A DNA stretch of 64,000 bases, taken from Octopus vulgaris. Taxonomy: Eukaryota. The position numbers and the translations under genes were made by a program. This document shows, one piece after another, positions 1 to 40,707 of this stretch. Each line of letters starts with the position of its first letter. Positions within the stretch are counted from its first letter, which is position 1. The DNA lies in NCBI GenBank assembly GCA_951406725.2, contig OX597823.1:98580001-98644000 (forward strand). Reading direction: 5' to 3'. The notes beneath the pieces are model-generated. The model was not told where the DNA came from. It worked only from the letters and a program-made list of their open reading frames with translations, and ran no database searches.

Positions 1-649
1 CTTGCAATCTCTAGAAATTTCTTAGAAACATTATAGGTGTTAGATCATCACAGCATTTCTTCTGTCATTGAATGAATTTTTGATGTAGATGCCAATTAGT
101 ATTGTGCCAAGCAACAGTAGCTGGAAGCATTTGTATCTGTGTCTTAAGCCTACAAATAAGTCCTAATAGAATGTTACCTACAAATAAGTCCGAATAAAAT
201 GTTCCCTGTGTCCATATTTTGACATACATTGTACATATTTTTTTCTGACATTTATCATAAATGAAATATAAAACATCTATAGCTAAAACAACTTTTCCTT
301 TCTGACTTTCTATTTCAGTTCGTTAATGAAACTATTTTTAAAAATCATCTTAAATAGATCACAAATTCTTAAGAGTTGCTTGTTTTAATAACTTAAGTAT
401 AACAAGTACTGATACTATATTCTTTCTTTGTTCCTAATCAATTTGATTATTCAGTATATAGAATAAAATTAGTTAATTTCAAATTACTTTTCTGTAGCAC
501 ATGGAACTAGATGCAAAAGGGTCTTGTAATTTATGTTTCCAAATTCTACTGAAATTGGCTTTTCTTTTTATTTTTCTCGAGTTGATATCAGTAAGATATT
601 GCAAATAATAGAATGAATATCTTAATACTTTCTTCAATTCTAGGGTCAG

Positions 650-990
650 TGAGGATGTAAAGAGCCCTGATGGAATCACTCTTTGTTTTTGGATTAGAGG
701 CAAATGTCATGTATAGGATGCCACCATTTGCTAATCACATGTCTTTGATGCTGTGATGAAGATGGAGGTTACTTCATCTGTATCTGAAATAAAGCACTGA
801 AAATCTGTCCATACAGTTTTCTACCTGTGGCTTTTGAGATGTTGCAGGGTGCTGAACTGCTGAGGAGAAAGCTTTTAACATTGTTAGCATTTCGTCTCCC
901 TGAAGTGCCAGATGATGCTTGGGAAGATGCTTGGCTATTCCAGCACCATTACCTTGCAATCTCTCCAGGTAATGTCAAGATTATGTTGGA
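650..990 (+). mobile_element. Degraded restriction-like endonuclease domain of a CRE/R2-group non-LTR retrotransposon
   Basis: Hand translation SPDGITLCFWIRGKCHV*DAT ... FLPVAFE ... EDAWLFQHHYLAISPGN resembles the RPDG.TL.PW..GK.L.WD.T / F.P.A.ET.G / L.QRLS.A.QRGN motifs; contains stops and shifts. Confidence 0.6.
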
Positions 991-1224
991 GTGTTTCAAC
1001 AACTTTAAAGGGAAATGCAAGTTTCCTCTGTTGGTGGAGTGTGTAGGTGTCTATCTTGATTATTTATTTACTGATTTTCTTTTATTTTTTCTCCATTTCT
1101 TCCATAAATTTAAAATCCCAAATTAAATCTTGAGATAATAAATATTAGAATATTTAAAAAACGATCATTTATATTTCTAACTTATGAATCTTGATACTGT
1201 GTGTAGCTAAAGGAGATTATTATT

Positions 1225-1603
1225 AAACAGCAAAGCACCATCCGAATGTGGCCAATGCCAGCGCTGTCTTGACTGGCTTCTGTGCCGGTGGCACATGACC
1301 TGCTGTGCTTGAGGAGACCTATTGAGTCAAGTACATCAACATCAAAATAAATATCAAATGAAAATTGTAGTTGTGATCTCTGTGCCGGTGGCGCGTAAAA
1401 AGCACCAACCGATCGTGGCCGCTGCCAGCCTCCCCTGGCACCCGTGCTGGTGACACGTAAAAAGCACCCACTACACTCACGGAGTGGTTGGCGTTAGGAA
1501 GGGCATCCAGCTGTAGAAACACTGCCAGATCAGACTGGAGCCTGGTGCACGTCCAACCCGTGCTAGCACGGAAAACGGACGTTAAACGATGATGATGATG
1601 ATG
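1225..1603 (+). mobile_element. SINE/LINE 3' part with RTE-type tail ending in (GAT)n
   Basis: gttggcgttaggaagggcatccagctgtag...ggacgttaaacgatgatgatg; reverse-strand copy at 26148-26415. Confidence 0.75.
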
Positions 1604-4600
1604 TAGTCGAAACTTAATATATTTTTGATAAAAAATGAAACAAACCAAAAAAACATGTCTGCAGCAGACAGAACTTCCCAGTTTTGAACTGTGGGTGTAA
1701 ATTTACAATGTTTATTTTATTTACATGGATTTATCAATGATATTTATACACTCAGTTTTTTTTTGTTTGTTTTTGTATGTACCTGTCATGTATGTCACAC
1801 TTACTTCAAAGAAAGAGGTAAAAAGGTTGAAGGGAGAGGTACAAAGAAAAAGAGAAATAAAAGGTGTTAAGCAGAGGAGGCATACTTGAAATGAGTGGCA
1901 AAGCGGGAGAGCGGGGAGGGACAGAACCAGAGGAAGTATAGTTGAAGTGAGAGGCAAAGTGGCAAACAGGGGGAAGTAAGAGAGAGAGAGAGGGGTGGTG
2001 ATTAATAGTGCTGAGAGGTAAGAGAAGTATAATGTGTTAAATGCAGAAGGACATTTAGAGGCAAAGAGACATAGAGGAAGGAGAGGGGATGGAGGGGGAA
2101 AGGAGAGAGATTTAGAGAGATAGACTAAGTGAAGGAAGAGAGTGGATAGAGAATAATAGTGAAAGATAATGAAACCATTCTCATACAGAAAACGCTGGGA
2201 AACTTTTCATTGAAAATATGGAAATTCCAAAAAGAAATGTTGCCTATCTGTCTGTCTGACAATTATTCTCTCTGTCTGCCTCTCTCTCTGACTCACACAC
2301 ATTATCTCCCCCCCCATCCCCCTCTGTCTGTCTCACTCTCAGCAAATAGCTGAGAATGTTACTGCTACTTTTCTACTGCTGAAGGGAGAGGTAAAATGTT
2401 TATCAGTATTTTCAGAGTAGACTGATGCATACATCGAAAGAAAAGTAGATACATAGATACACACATTGTTAAATTAAAAGCAGGTGAGAGGAAGGACACA
2501 GAGGAAGTGAGAGAGAAAGTGAGAGAGACGGTAGATTCATAGATCAAAAGAAAAGTTGATACATAGATACATTGTTAAATCAAAGACAAATTACTACAGC
2601 TAATATTGGATGTCACTTTCACTTTTCATTACCACATGAGGATAAAATTAACTCACAAGTGGCTGAGTACTCCACTGACATGCATACCATTAATGTAGTT
2701 CTCAGGGAGATTCAGCCTCACACAGAATATGACAAAGTTGACCCTTTCAATTACTGCTATAACTCATTTTGGCCAGCTGAGTGGACTGGAGCAAGATAAA
2801 CCTTCTAGTGGTTGGAAGAAAAAAGATTCTATATAGGGGCAGGAAAATCTTTTTAGTTGATAGGGTCACTATGGGTGTTAATCCGGTCCTAACAACAGCA
2901 TTTCTGGGTCTCACAGATCTGGAAGCCAAGCTCCCAGATAAATACCGATGCACAGTCTGTTATCAAATTGAGTATGAGTTCAGGGCAAAGTCACTACACG
3001 ATGAAATAGCAATTATTTCGTCTTAGCTTTCACTGTTTATACTAAACACATGACATTTTTGCATTATGATATGGAACATTTTCTTTTCATTTAGTCTTTT
3101 TTAAAAATGGCACTCAATTACTGAATCTTTTGACACCTCATATGTCACATATATATACTAAGACAAACACAGAGAGACATACATTCACACATGCCTCAGG
3201 CATATCTCTGTCCCTCTGTGTATGTGTTTCTCATTTTAGATGTATATGTGTATGTGTGTGTCAGTTGTCACATAAATGTATGCATACTCACACACTAATA
3301 CGCTGTCACATACACTCACATACATATACTTCTCAGCCATCAGCCTAAAGTTGTAATGAACACACACACACACTCACAGATACATACACTCATATAGAAA
3401 ATGTAACGTCATGGTGGTGGTGGTGGTATAAAATGTCATTTATGATAGTTGACTTACAGAAAGGTTATAATGTTAATTTTTGTAATGCAATATGTAAATG
3501 AAAATAAAGTTTATTTGGTAGCCGAAAGATTACTGAATCTTTTGATACCCCATACCCTAATTGGCAACTAAGTTTTTGAATGCATAAGGAACATGCACAC
3601 ATGCACTCACACACACACTGCTTTATATATTAAGATATATACATATATATATATATATATATAACATACATACATACACAGAATCTTATTTGTATTCTCT
3701 AATGCAATAATCATTGTTATAGTTGCTTGAGTTTACTTTTACAATCAATGCTTGTTGATAGGGGTTCTAAACCTGAAAGCTTTGCACATATATTGCTTAC
3801 ATGCCTAGAATTCCACTTGTATTACCTAACGCAATAATCTTTGCTTAAGTTTACTTTTATAATCTGTGCTTGGAGTTCTAAACCTGGAAGCTTAACAGAC
3901 AATGTGTAAAATCTGTAGGTGCTACCAAGAGTGGCAGGATAAGAAATCGAGCCCAGGGCAGGAAATCCAACAAGACTGAAATTGTTTCGATATTTGAGGA
4001 AATGATATGTGCTTACTAATATTGTTCCTACTCTATATTTGGCTTCTCTATTAATAGTGCTTGCAAACTTTTAACATTTCCCTTCAATATGCAGCTTACT
4101 ATTACTGCTTTGTTGCTTATAAATATGAAATCTTTCTCAATGATTTATGTTGAAAGACTGTTTCTGTGGCTTCTTTGCAAAAATGCTTCACATGATACAC
4201 AAACTGTACACCTGGAGTTCTCAGTTTTTCTGATTTCACGGCACTCTGGAAATCAAGTGAATAAAAAGAAATAAACTAATACTACACATCACATTGAAAT
4301 TTTTTGTTTTAAAAAAGTCTTTTTTAAAGTTTAAAAAAAAAAGAAAAAAACAATTTGAATGTTGCTTGCTTAGCTTGTTGTGTTAATTGTAATTGTAGAG
4401 AACAAAATTATGAATAATAACATTGTTTAAGATGTTGAAACATTAGTATGATTTTCTAAAGCTTACAATTTTAAAAACCTGCTGTTATAATTAGATACCT
4501 CTTGCAGGGCACTAGTGTGTTTCACTTGAGAACCACTACAGTACATACTAAGTTTGTTTAATATCTTTAAAATTGACTGTTAATGTTAAGTAAAACCATT

Positions 4601-5885
4601 GAAAAATGGATCCAGCTAAATACAAATTCATTTCCCTTCTTTTTTGATATTGTTGTGTTTACACATGCATAATATCTCTAAAAACTATATTGTTTTAAAC
4701 CTATTATATGTAGAATATCATACTGTTTTAAGTCAGAATATCAAAATATTTTATAATTAAATATTTTATCAGTCAATTTGATATAATATTTATTTTTTAA
4801 AATGTTTAAATAAATGTAAATGAATAAGTAAAATATTGGTAGCATTGAACTGTGTTCTCTTTATGAAAGCTTCATGTGTTAAGTTTTTGCTTTTATAAAT
4901 TTTGCATTCAGTGGGGATAAAAGCCAATAATATAAGAAAAATTATTTAGAATGTCTAAATAATTTTCCTTATATAACTGTTGTTGTCATTTGAAATTTGT
5001 TATTATTTTGAGTTTAAGATTTATAATTTACTAATGGATTAAAGGACAAATGTTTGAAATCCTTATAAGTTTTGTTCATGTGGATTTGACTGATTTTCAC
5101 ATATTTTAAAATTTTGGATTATAATTTAATATGCTGTGTCTGTATCCCAAAAGCATGTGCATAATACTGTATGATCAAAAATCTTGGCATGTTGTGTTCA
5201 TATAAACTTTGCTTTGCTATTTGCTTGTTTTGTTGTTTTAATTTGTTGAAATTATTCATACATTTTTATTTATTTATTATTATCCTACTGCATAACTCAG
5301 AGAAAACTACTTGCTACCAGTGCAGTTATTTCCTCATTAATGAATGATTAATTGTTAAATTTAGCATCCTCCCTACTTATACCTCTGTTACTATAATAAT
5401 TTACGAGGGTCTAGTGGGCCTACAAAAAGCTATAGCTATCAAATCATTTTGTACTTCATCATATAACTTTTTTTTTTATATGGAAGTTGGGGGAAAGAAA
5501 GGAAGAAACTACTTCAGTGATGAATACAAAGCTAACTGGGAAATGACTAGAAAATTGAGAGCTTATAGTTGTGAGATTTCATAGAGAAATGATTGAATAA
5601 TCACTAAGATACATAATAATACTTACAGTTACTTTGAATCAGCTTTCATAAGCTCTGGTCAACATAACTGGCATTTCTTTGAAAAGCATCTCACTCTCAA
5701 ACTGTTTTTTTTTTTGCTTGGATATTTCTGGTCTCTTCAGAGCAAGTTATACACTTGGCTGTTTTAACACTGAACATCTGTTGTTACTCTAAAATAGCTG
5801 AAGTGCAAATTGCAACAGAGTATTCTTTTTGTAGCTGAAAGGTACTCTTCCTTCATCAATAGCATTCTAGACCTCATCAAAAAGA

Positions 5886-5949
5886 AAGCCATTTAATGGA
5901 CTTGCTTAACTTTTCTGAAGAAAAGTTAAGCAAGTCCATTAAATGGCTT
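5886..5949. repeat. Perfect 31-bp inverted repeat with 2-nt spacer
   Basis: aagccatttaatggacttgcttaacttttct GA agaaaagttaagcaagtccattaaatggctt. Confidence 0.95.
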
Positions 5950-7154
5950 CTTATTATCTAGATTACAGTTACTGTGAAGCAGTGTTATTCATAGCCATAC
6001 TTCTGCCATTAATACAATAGACTTTGCTTATTTTTAAAAATTACTTACCTTTCCTCACTCATACCCTAAACTATCAGATATAATCACCTATTCATTTCTA
6101 GTTGTGTGTCTAGCCAAACATTACATGGTGTTCTTTCTGAAGAAGAAGGGCGTTGCACAGCTATTCTGTATAACTCTATTTCTTCTTATATATTCATTCC
6201 AAAGAGTATGATATGAGTATATCATAGTATACTAAGATAGCATAAATCTTATCATTCTCATTCATCCTCTCTTATTATTATGTTTAGAAAGTTCTGCTCC
6301 TTGAGTTATAGCAATTGCTTTTCTCATTAGATGTGATGAAAGATATATAATTACAGTATATATTTCAAAAACAGCAAGTCATGAATAAACTATTTACATT
6401 GGTTTCCATCATTAGTTGCTTAAGAAAATGTTAACATGATCTGCTTAATGATATTCTACAAAAGGGGTTTGATGGAAATCATGGAACCCAGTATGTCTAC
6501 CCAAATGATAAGTATAAACTAGTGTAAAATAAATACATAAAAATTTCTGAATAAACTCAGTCATCCAGCAAAAATTGATGCATAATATTTTTGCTGTAGA
6601 GGGAAGATGTTGTTAGGGAATAATGTGGAACTAATATTAGGGCTAATATTTTTAGATTCTAGAAAATAGAAAGGGATTAAGGGAAAACAATAGACAAAAT
6701 CAGGTTAAAAAATAGGCAAAACCTAAAATATATCTCCCACATATAATATATCTCCCACATTTACATGCTTTATTAAGTCTATCTTCTTCTAGTTCTTTAT
6801 CGCTTCACTTAATCCACTATCCATTATTATCGATAATAATATACTTTATCATTGATTTAAAGAATACTTTCACATATAATTCCCACTTTTAAGTTAAGGG
6901 TTATGCATGTCTGTGGAATGCTCAATCACTTACATGTTAATTCAAAAACAGGTAATTCAATTGATTGAACAGGTGAATCCTTATCATCAAACATTAGAGA
7001 AAAATAAACTCTCTCTCTCATAAATGGGAAAAGTATATATATATATATATATATATAAAAGAAATGATTGCAATTCAGTTGAATTAGGTACTTAAGTTGA
7101 AGCACCAAGTCAGCCTGGTATGATCCACACAGCTTGAAGGCAAACAAAATCAAA

Positions 7155-7605
7155 ATAAGCAACAGGATATCAAGAAGTGATGCAGTACGACCATTTCAAG
7201 CAGCTTCATTTAATTGAACAATGCAATCATTACATCAATTTAAATGAAGTGCCAGCTGATTATGGCACTTCATTTGAATTGATGTATATTTCTTTATTGC
7301 CCACAAGGGGCTAAACATAGAGGGGACAAACAAAGACAGACAAAGGGATAAAGTCGATTACATTGACCCCAGTGCATAACTGCTACTTTATTTATCGACC
7401 CCGAAAGGATGAAAGGCAAAGTTGACCTCAGTGGAATTTGAGCTCAGGACGTAACGGCAGACAAAATACTGCTAAGCATGTTGCCCAGCACACTAACGTT
7501 TCTGCCAGCTCGCCGCCTTATTTGAATTGATATAATGATTGCATTGTTCAATTAAATGGAGCTGCTTGAAACGGTCGTACTGCACCACTTCTTGATATCC
7601 TGTTG

Positions 7606-7610
<5 letters not shown>
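7155..7610. repeat. ~100-bp-arm fold-back element interrupted by a SINE
   Basis: 7155-7254 pairs with 7263-7286 plus 7535-7610. Confidence 0.9.
7287..7519 (-). mobile_element. tRNA-derived SINE family A, full length, with ~15-bp TSD
   Basis: Reverse complement of 51350-51585; TSD atttgaattgat(g/a)ta at 7272-7286 and 7520-7534. Confidence 0.85.
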
Positions 7611-7641
<31 letters not shown>

Positions 7642-9013
7642 TACATACATACATATATTCAAAAGCAGTTTTAGTTGAAACTTCCCTGCATGTTGTTTTA
7701 TTCACTTGTTTCCCATTCTGAAGTAACCTATGGCGTGCAAAAAATTTCCACCTCACCACATTTTGAGAAGCACTGACCTAAAGCATGCTTCATTTATCAA
7801 ATAGCAATTCCCTTGTCTATGCTACACGAATTATCTTCAACAATTTACGCCAAATAAAAGTAAATTTCTTGACTGTTTTCAGCCATTCTGTTGTTCTATA
7901 CTCCTAGTTAAAAAAAAGGAAAGCATTTAAAGTACCATATTGTTGTGTTGTTAAATGACCTCATTAAGATACTTCAAAGAAAACTAATATGTTTAGTGGT
8001 GCTGTCAATGTTTGTAATGCTTTTAGTCAATAGAGTGTTGATTAAGATACCTGCAGATAATTTAAGATTAAATTGGAATGAATGCATTTTATACTTTTTC
8101 CATCCTGAAAACTGACATTTCTTATGGGATAACCTGATACTTATCCTATAAAATTAATGTTTTTATACACTGTAACATTGTCCCTTCTGAAATAAACAGA
8201 ACCAACACACACAGATGCATGCATACACACAATTCGTTTCCTTTCCATCAACTCACTAAAGTAATGTTTTCAAGATATTCCAATGACAAATATTGATATT
8301 TTTGTTGTTCACTAAAATAAATTTATTTACCCTCAAAAGGGTGGTGCATAGTAGAATTGGTAGTGTTGTGATATTTAGTTATACCTCTTTATATCTTGTG
8401 TTCAGATCTCTACAAATCATTTAAAGTTACCACAATCTCGAAGCATTAATCGCTATACATTATCTATTATCCACTATAATTTCTATGCATAATTTATTTT
8501 TCACTATAATCTGTTTACATTAATTTCACTACTATTTTTGCACATTATTTATTCTTATTAAATAACTCTACACATAGTTTGGTTTTTAACAAAATCTTTA
8601 CCATTTAATTTTTATCATGATTTTTATTATTTTTATCATCACCATCAAACTATTGTACTGCCCAATATCTATAAAATACAGACTTGTTTATTAAAACAGC
8701 CAGTATGAGTAACGTGCTTTTAATATTAAGCTCTATGGAAAATTTGGAGAACTCTTAAAAGGAATGTTAGGATATTGTAACATCTCTACATTTTGTTGAT
8801 GGTGGAATGTTTTGTTATTCAATTGTAATTCAGTTTTCATCTTAAGCTGAATATTAAGTTAAATATTTTGCTTTCATGTTGTCTTAGAAAATATGGATCT
8901 AAATATCTGGCCAGTTATATGAATTCTTGAGTTCATATGACACTTAGCATTAATAATATTTATTACACTACAAACATTGTCTCCAGTTGTTAACTTAAGT
9001 CATTCTATGTCTA

Positions 9014-9241
9014 TTAACCCTTTAACATTTAAACCGGCTATATCCGGCCAAATATTTAACCTGTTCTGTGTTCAAACTGGCCGGATCTGGCTTTGCATAC
9101 TTATCCTACAATGTCATTCTAAGAATAAGCAACTACATCCTCAAAATTTTAATGCTACGATGTCTTTGCATGATTAATTCAAAACAATGTGAATAAATAA
9201 GCATTACATTTGACAGAATAATCTGAAAGCTAAACGGTTAA
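9014..9241. mobile_element. TTAA-flanked MITE (piggyBac-like)
   Basis: ttaa-ccctttaacatt ... aagctaaacgg-ttaa; second copy at 34478-34681. Confidence 0.7.
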
Positions 9242-10499
9242 ACAACATGGCATTGCCAGTGTGAAAAACAACTGAATTTCTATATTTTTCATTGCACAAA
9301 TTCTTAACAATTACATTTTTGAAAGTCAGTAATCCTGCAAAGAACTAAAGCAAACTATCTAATGTCTCAGCACAACATCTTATTCTTAATTGTTTCTTAC
9401 ACAGGCAAGGAACTTGAGATTTTTCCTCTGTTAAGAGTGGGGAGCATTATCCACTTTTCCAAAGATATTCAATTATTAGTGGTGTCTCTGAGGAATCAAG
9501 AACAAGCCATTGATCTTGCATACTACAAGACTCTATTGTGCTTATTGATTATGAAAAATAATAATAAAAGTGGGGATTTGGAAGAATAATTAGTGTTCTG
9601 ACTCTTCATGTTCTGATTTCAAATCTTACTGAGGTCAGCTTTACCTTTCACCCCAGGTCAGTACTGGGGACAATGCCTCTCACTGAAATTTCTGGCCTTG
9701 TACCTAAATTAGAAACAATCATAAATAATAATATAATGTTTCCTAATTAACTTAAGCACTGAACTGATTAAAGATCATCCTGATTTACTTGTTTGCAAAT
9801 ATGAAACTGGATTTAAAATGATTTCAGTTGTTCTTCCTAACACATCTATGTAAAATATCCTTTTGTTTTTGAGCCAATGTTTTTGGTTGCAGAGTAGGTT
9901 CTAAAAGAGATCAAGTGATAAAATATCTCATTCCAAAGTTGTTCTCAAACACACATCCTACTCATTGCAAACTGAAAAAGGTAAAAAGAAATTAGCAAGA
10001 AATATTTATTAGAAAAAAGATAAAATTAGATTCCATTCACATTAGCCATGTAGAATGTTCTGTGATTATTTTTGTGATTTGTGTGTATAGGAAACAAGAA
10101 AGAAAAATTAAATTTGTAGAGTTACAAAACAAATGAGGTTTCAAGATTATTGTTGATTATATGCTTGGAACATTCACAGTCATCTGTTTTACATTGTAAC
10201 CAAGCAAAATAGACAAAACTATGATTATAAGATATGGAAATGGTGTAGTTTTCAATTTTGCAAATGAAAGTTCAGTGAGTGAGCGTCCTTAATTTCTGCA
10301 AACATATTGATGTTTCTTGAGACGATTTATGTTATACTAAGATTTGTCAGTGAAGCTATGGATGAGAGTCTCGTTCAATGTGGCTATTTGAGTCATAATT
10401 TTTTATCTATCAGTTGTTGTTCTCTATACTTCCCTTTGATCGTTATTAAAGAGGAAGGTGGCTCCATTCACAGTGCACCACCAGTGTGTTCATTTTGGT

Positions 10500-11100
10500 T
10501 GTTTGTTTTTACCTTCTAATTGTAGTTAGCTTGTATTGAAGGACTTCTTTACAGTCTTTAAGTTTCTATGGTGATAACCATTTGTTGCATCTATCAGTGG
10601 ATAACTTTCCATGCAGTACGCATTTCGAAAGGTAATACTTTTCCATCTTGGATGTGTTGTACTCAACTTATATGCATCTTGAGAAGCCTGGCTATATTAC
10701 TGGCATTTCTTGTCACATGGAATAATTCAGCATTCATGACCACGTCTCTTATTGAATTTTATTGATTGTTTATAGATAATACTGATGGAAGAGTTCAAGG
10801 AAATGTAGAAATTGAGTCAACTTGATAGTCATTGACATGACTGTTTTATAGACTCTGATTTTTGGGACTATCATCAGATTTTTTTTTTTTTTGCTTTTCC
10901 AAGAATTCACATGTAGTTTGCTGAAGGTTCCTTTGTTCACCTTGATTAGTCTACTGTCCACTTTTTGGCCAATCTTTGGAATAAAGAAAATGCTACTTCT
11001 ATTAACGTATTACTCCACTCCAAGATGAAATTGTAGCTAATTATCTAACTGTAATCATTCATATTCCTTCTTAATGATTAGATTTTAATTCTTTGAGAAT
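10500..11100 (-). mobile_element. Degraded RTE-clade LINE ORF C-terminus
   Basis: Minus-strand fragments RLIKVNKGTFSKL..W, KIRVYKTV, LELFHQYYL, followed by decayed RM..LP..L.G.L..R..G..KD; resembles the RTE/BovB post-RT region; boundaries approximate. Confidence 0.55.
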
Positions 11101-11445
11101 ATGTGATGATATCTTGGAGCAGAGTATTGTTTTAAAAGAAATACTTTAAGGCGAACAATTACCATGATACTTTCCTCTATATATTGATGGTTAAGGTAAC
11201 GCTTTTTCTGTATAATGGAAAATAATATAGATCAGTCCAAATCTACATGAACATGCTCATATTTTAAATGAAATTTAATAATCATTAAAATTTTTTTAAA
11301 TCAATGCATCTGAGACTTTATAAGGTTATACCTATCATGACAGTGTCTCAAATTATAGAAATAGGTCTACCTTAGCAACTACTTTTAAAACATAACAATT
11401 TCAAGTTCTGAACCATCGTTAGTTTTAACTTTTTACTCCTTGCAG

Positions 11446-40324
<28,879 letters not shown>

Positions 40325-40667
40325 CAGCAGCCATTCTATGAATATGCACCACTGTAGGTGATTATTTTTCATTAAGAGTTAAGTGATCATGTACAAAATG
40401 AACAAAACTCTTGAAACCACCTCATCTTTAAGGAATTACAGCTTTGTTGGTGATAAAGAGTATGTGAGAGGCCACAGCTTACTTGATATATGCTGCTTGT
40501 ATTACTGCCACAAGGAAGCTCAAGGAAAAAGAAAAAAGAAAACAGGCTGTGATTGTATGAAAGGCAGTTGCTTCAGTAAATGGTTAACAAAAGAGCAGTT
40601 GTGTTTGGAGATGCCATTTCACAAAAGCCCAAGCTCTTTTTATAAAATAATCTTTCTTTCTTCCTTT

Positions 40668-40707
<40 letters not shown>

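Noticed and set aside
5690-6180. Possible CR1/L2-group LINE remnant (IAEVQIATEYS, ILDLIKKKAI)
   Set aside because: The similarity is too weak to call by eye.
1-11445. Upstream Slp exons (Rab27-binding SHD / zinc finger)
   Set aside because: No ORF with SHD or Cys-rich motifs and matching splice sites was found; short exons could have been missed.
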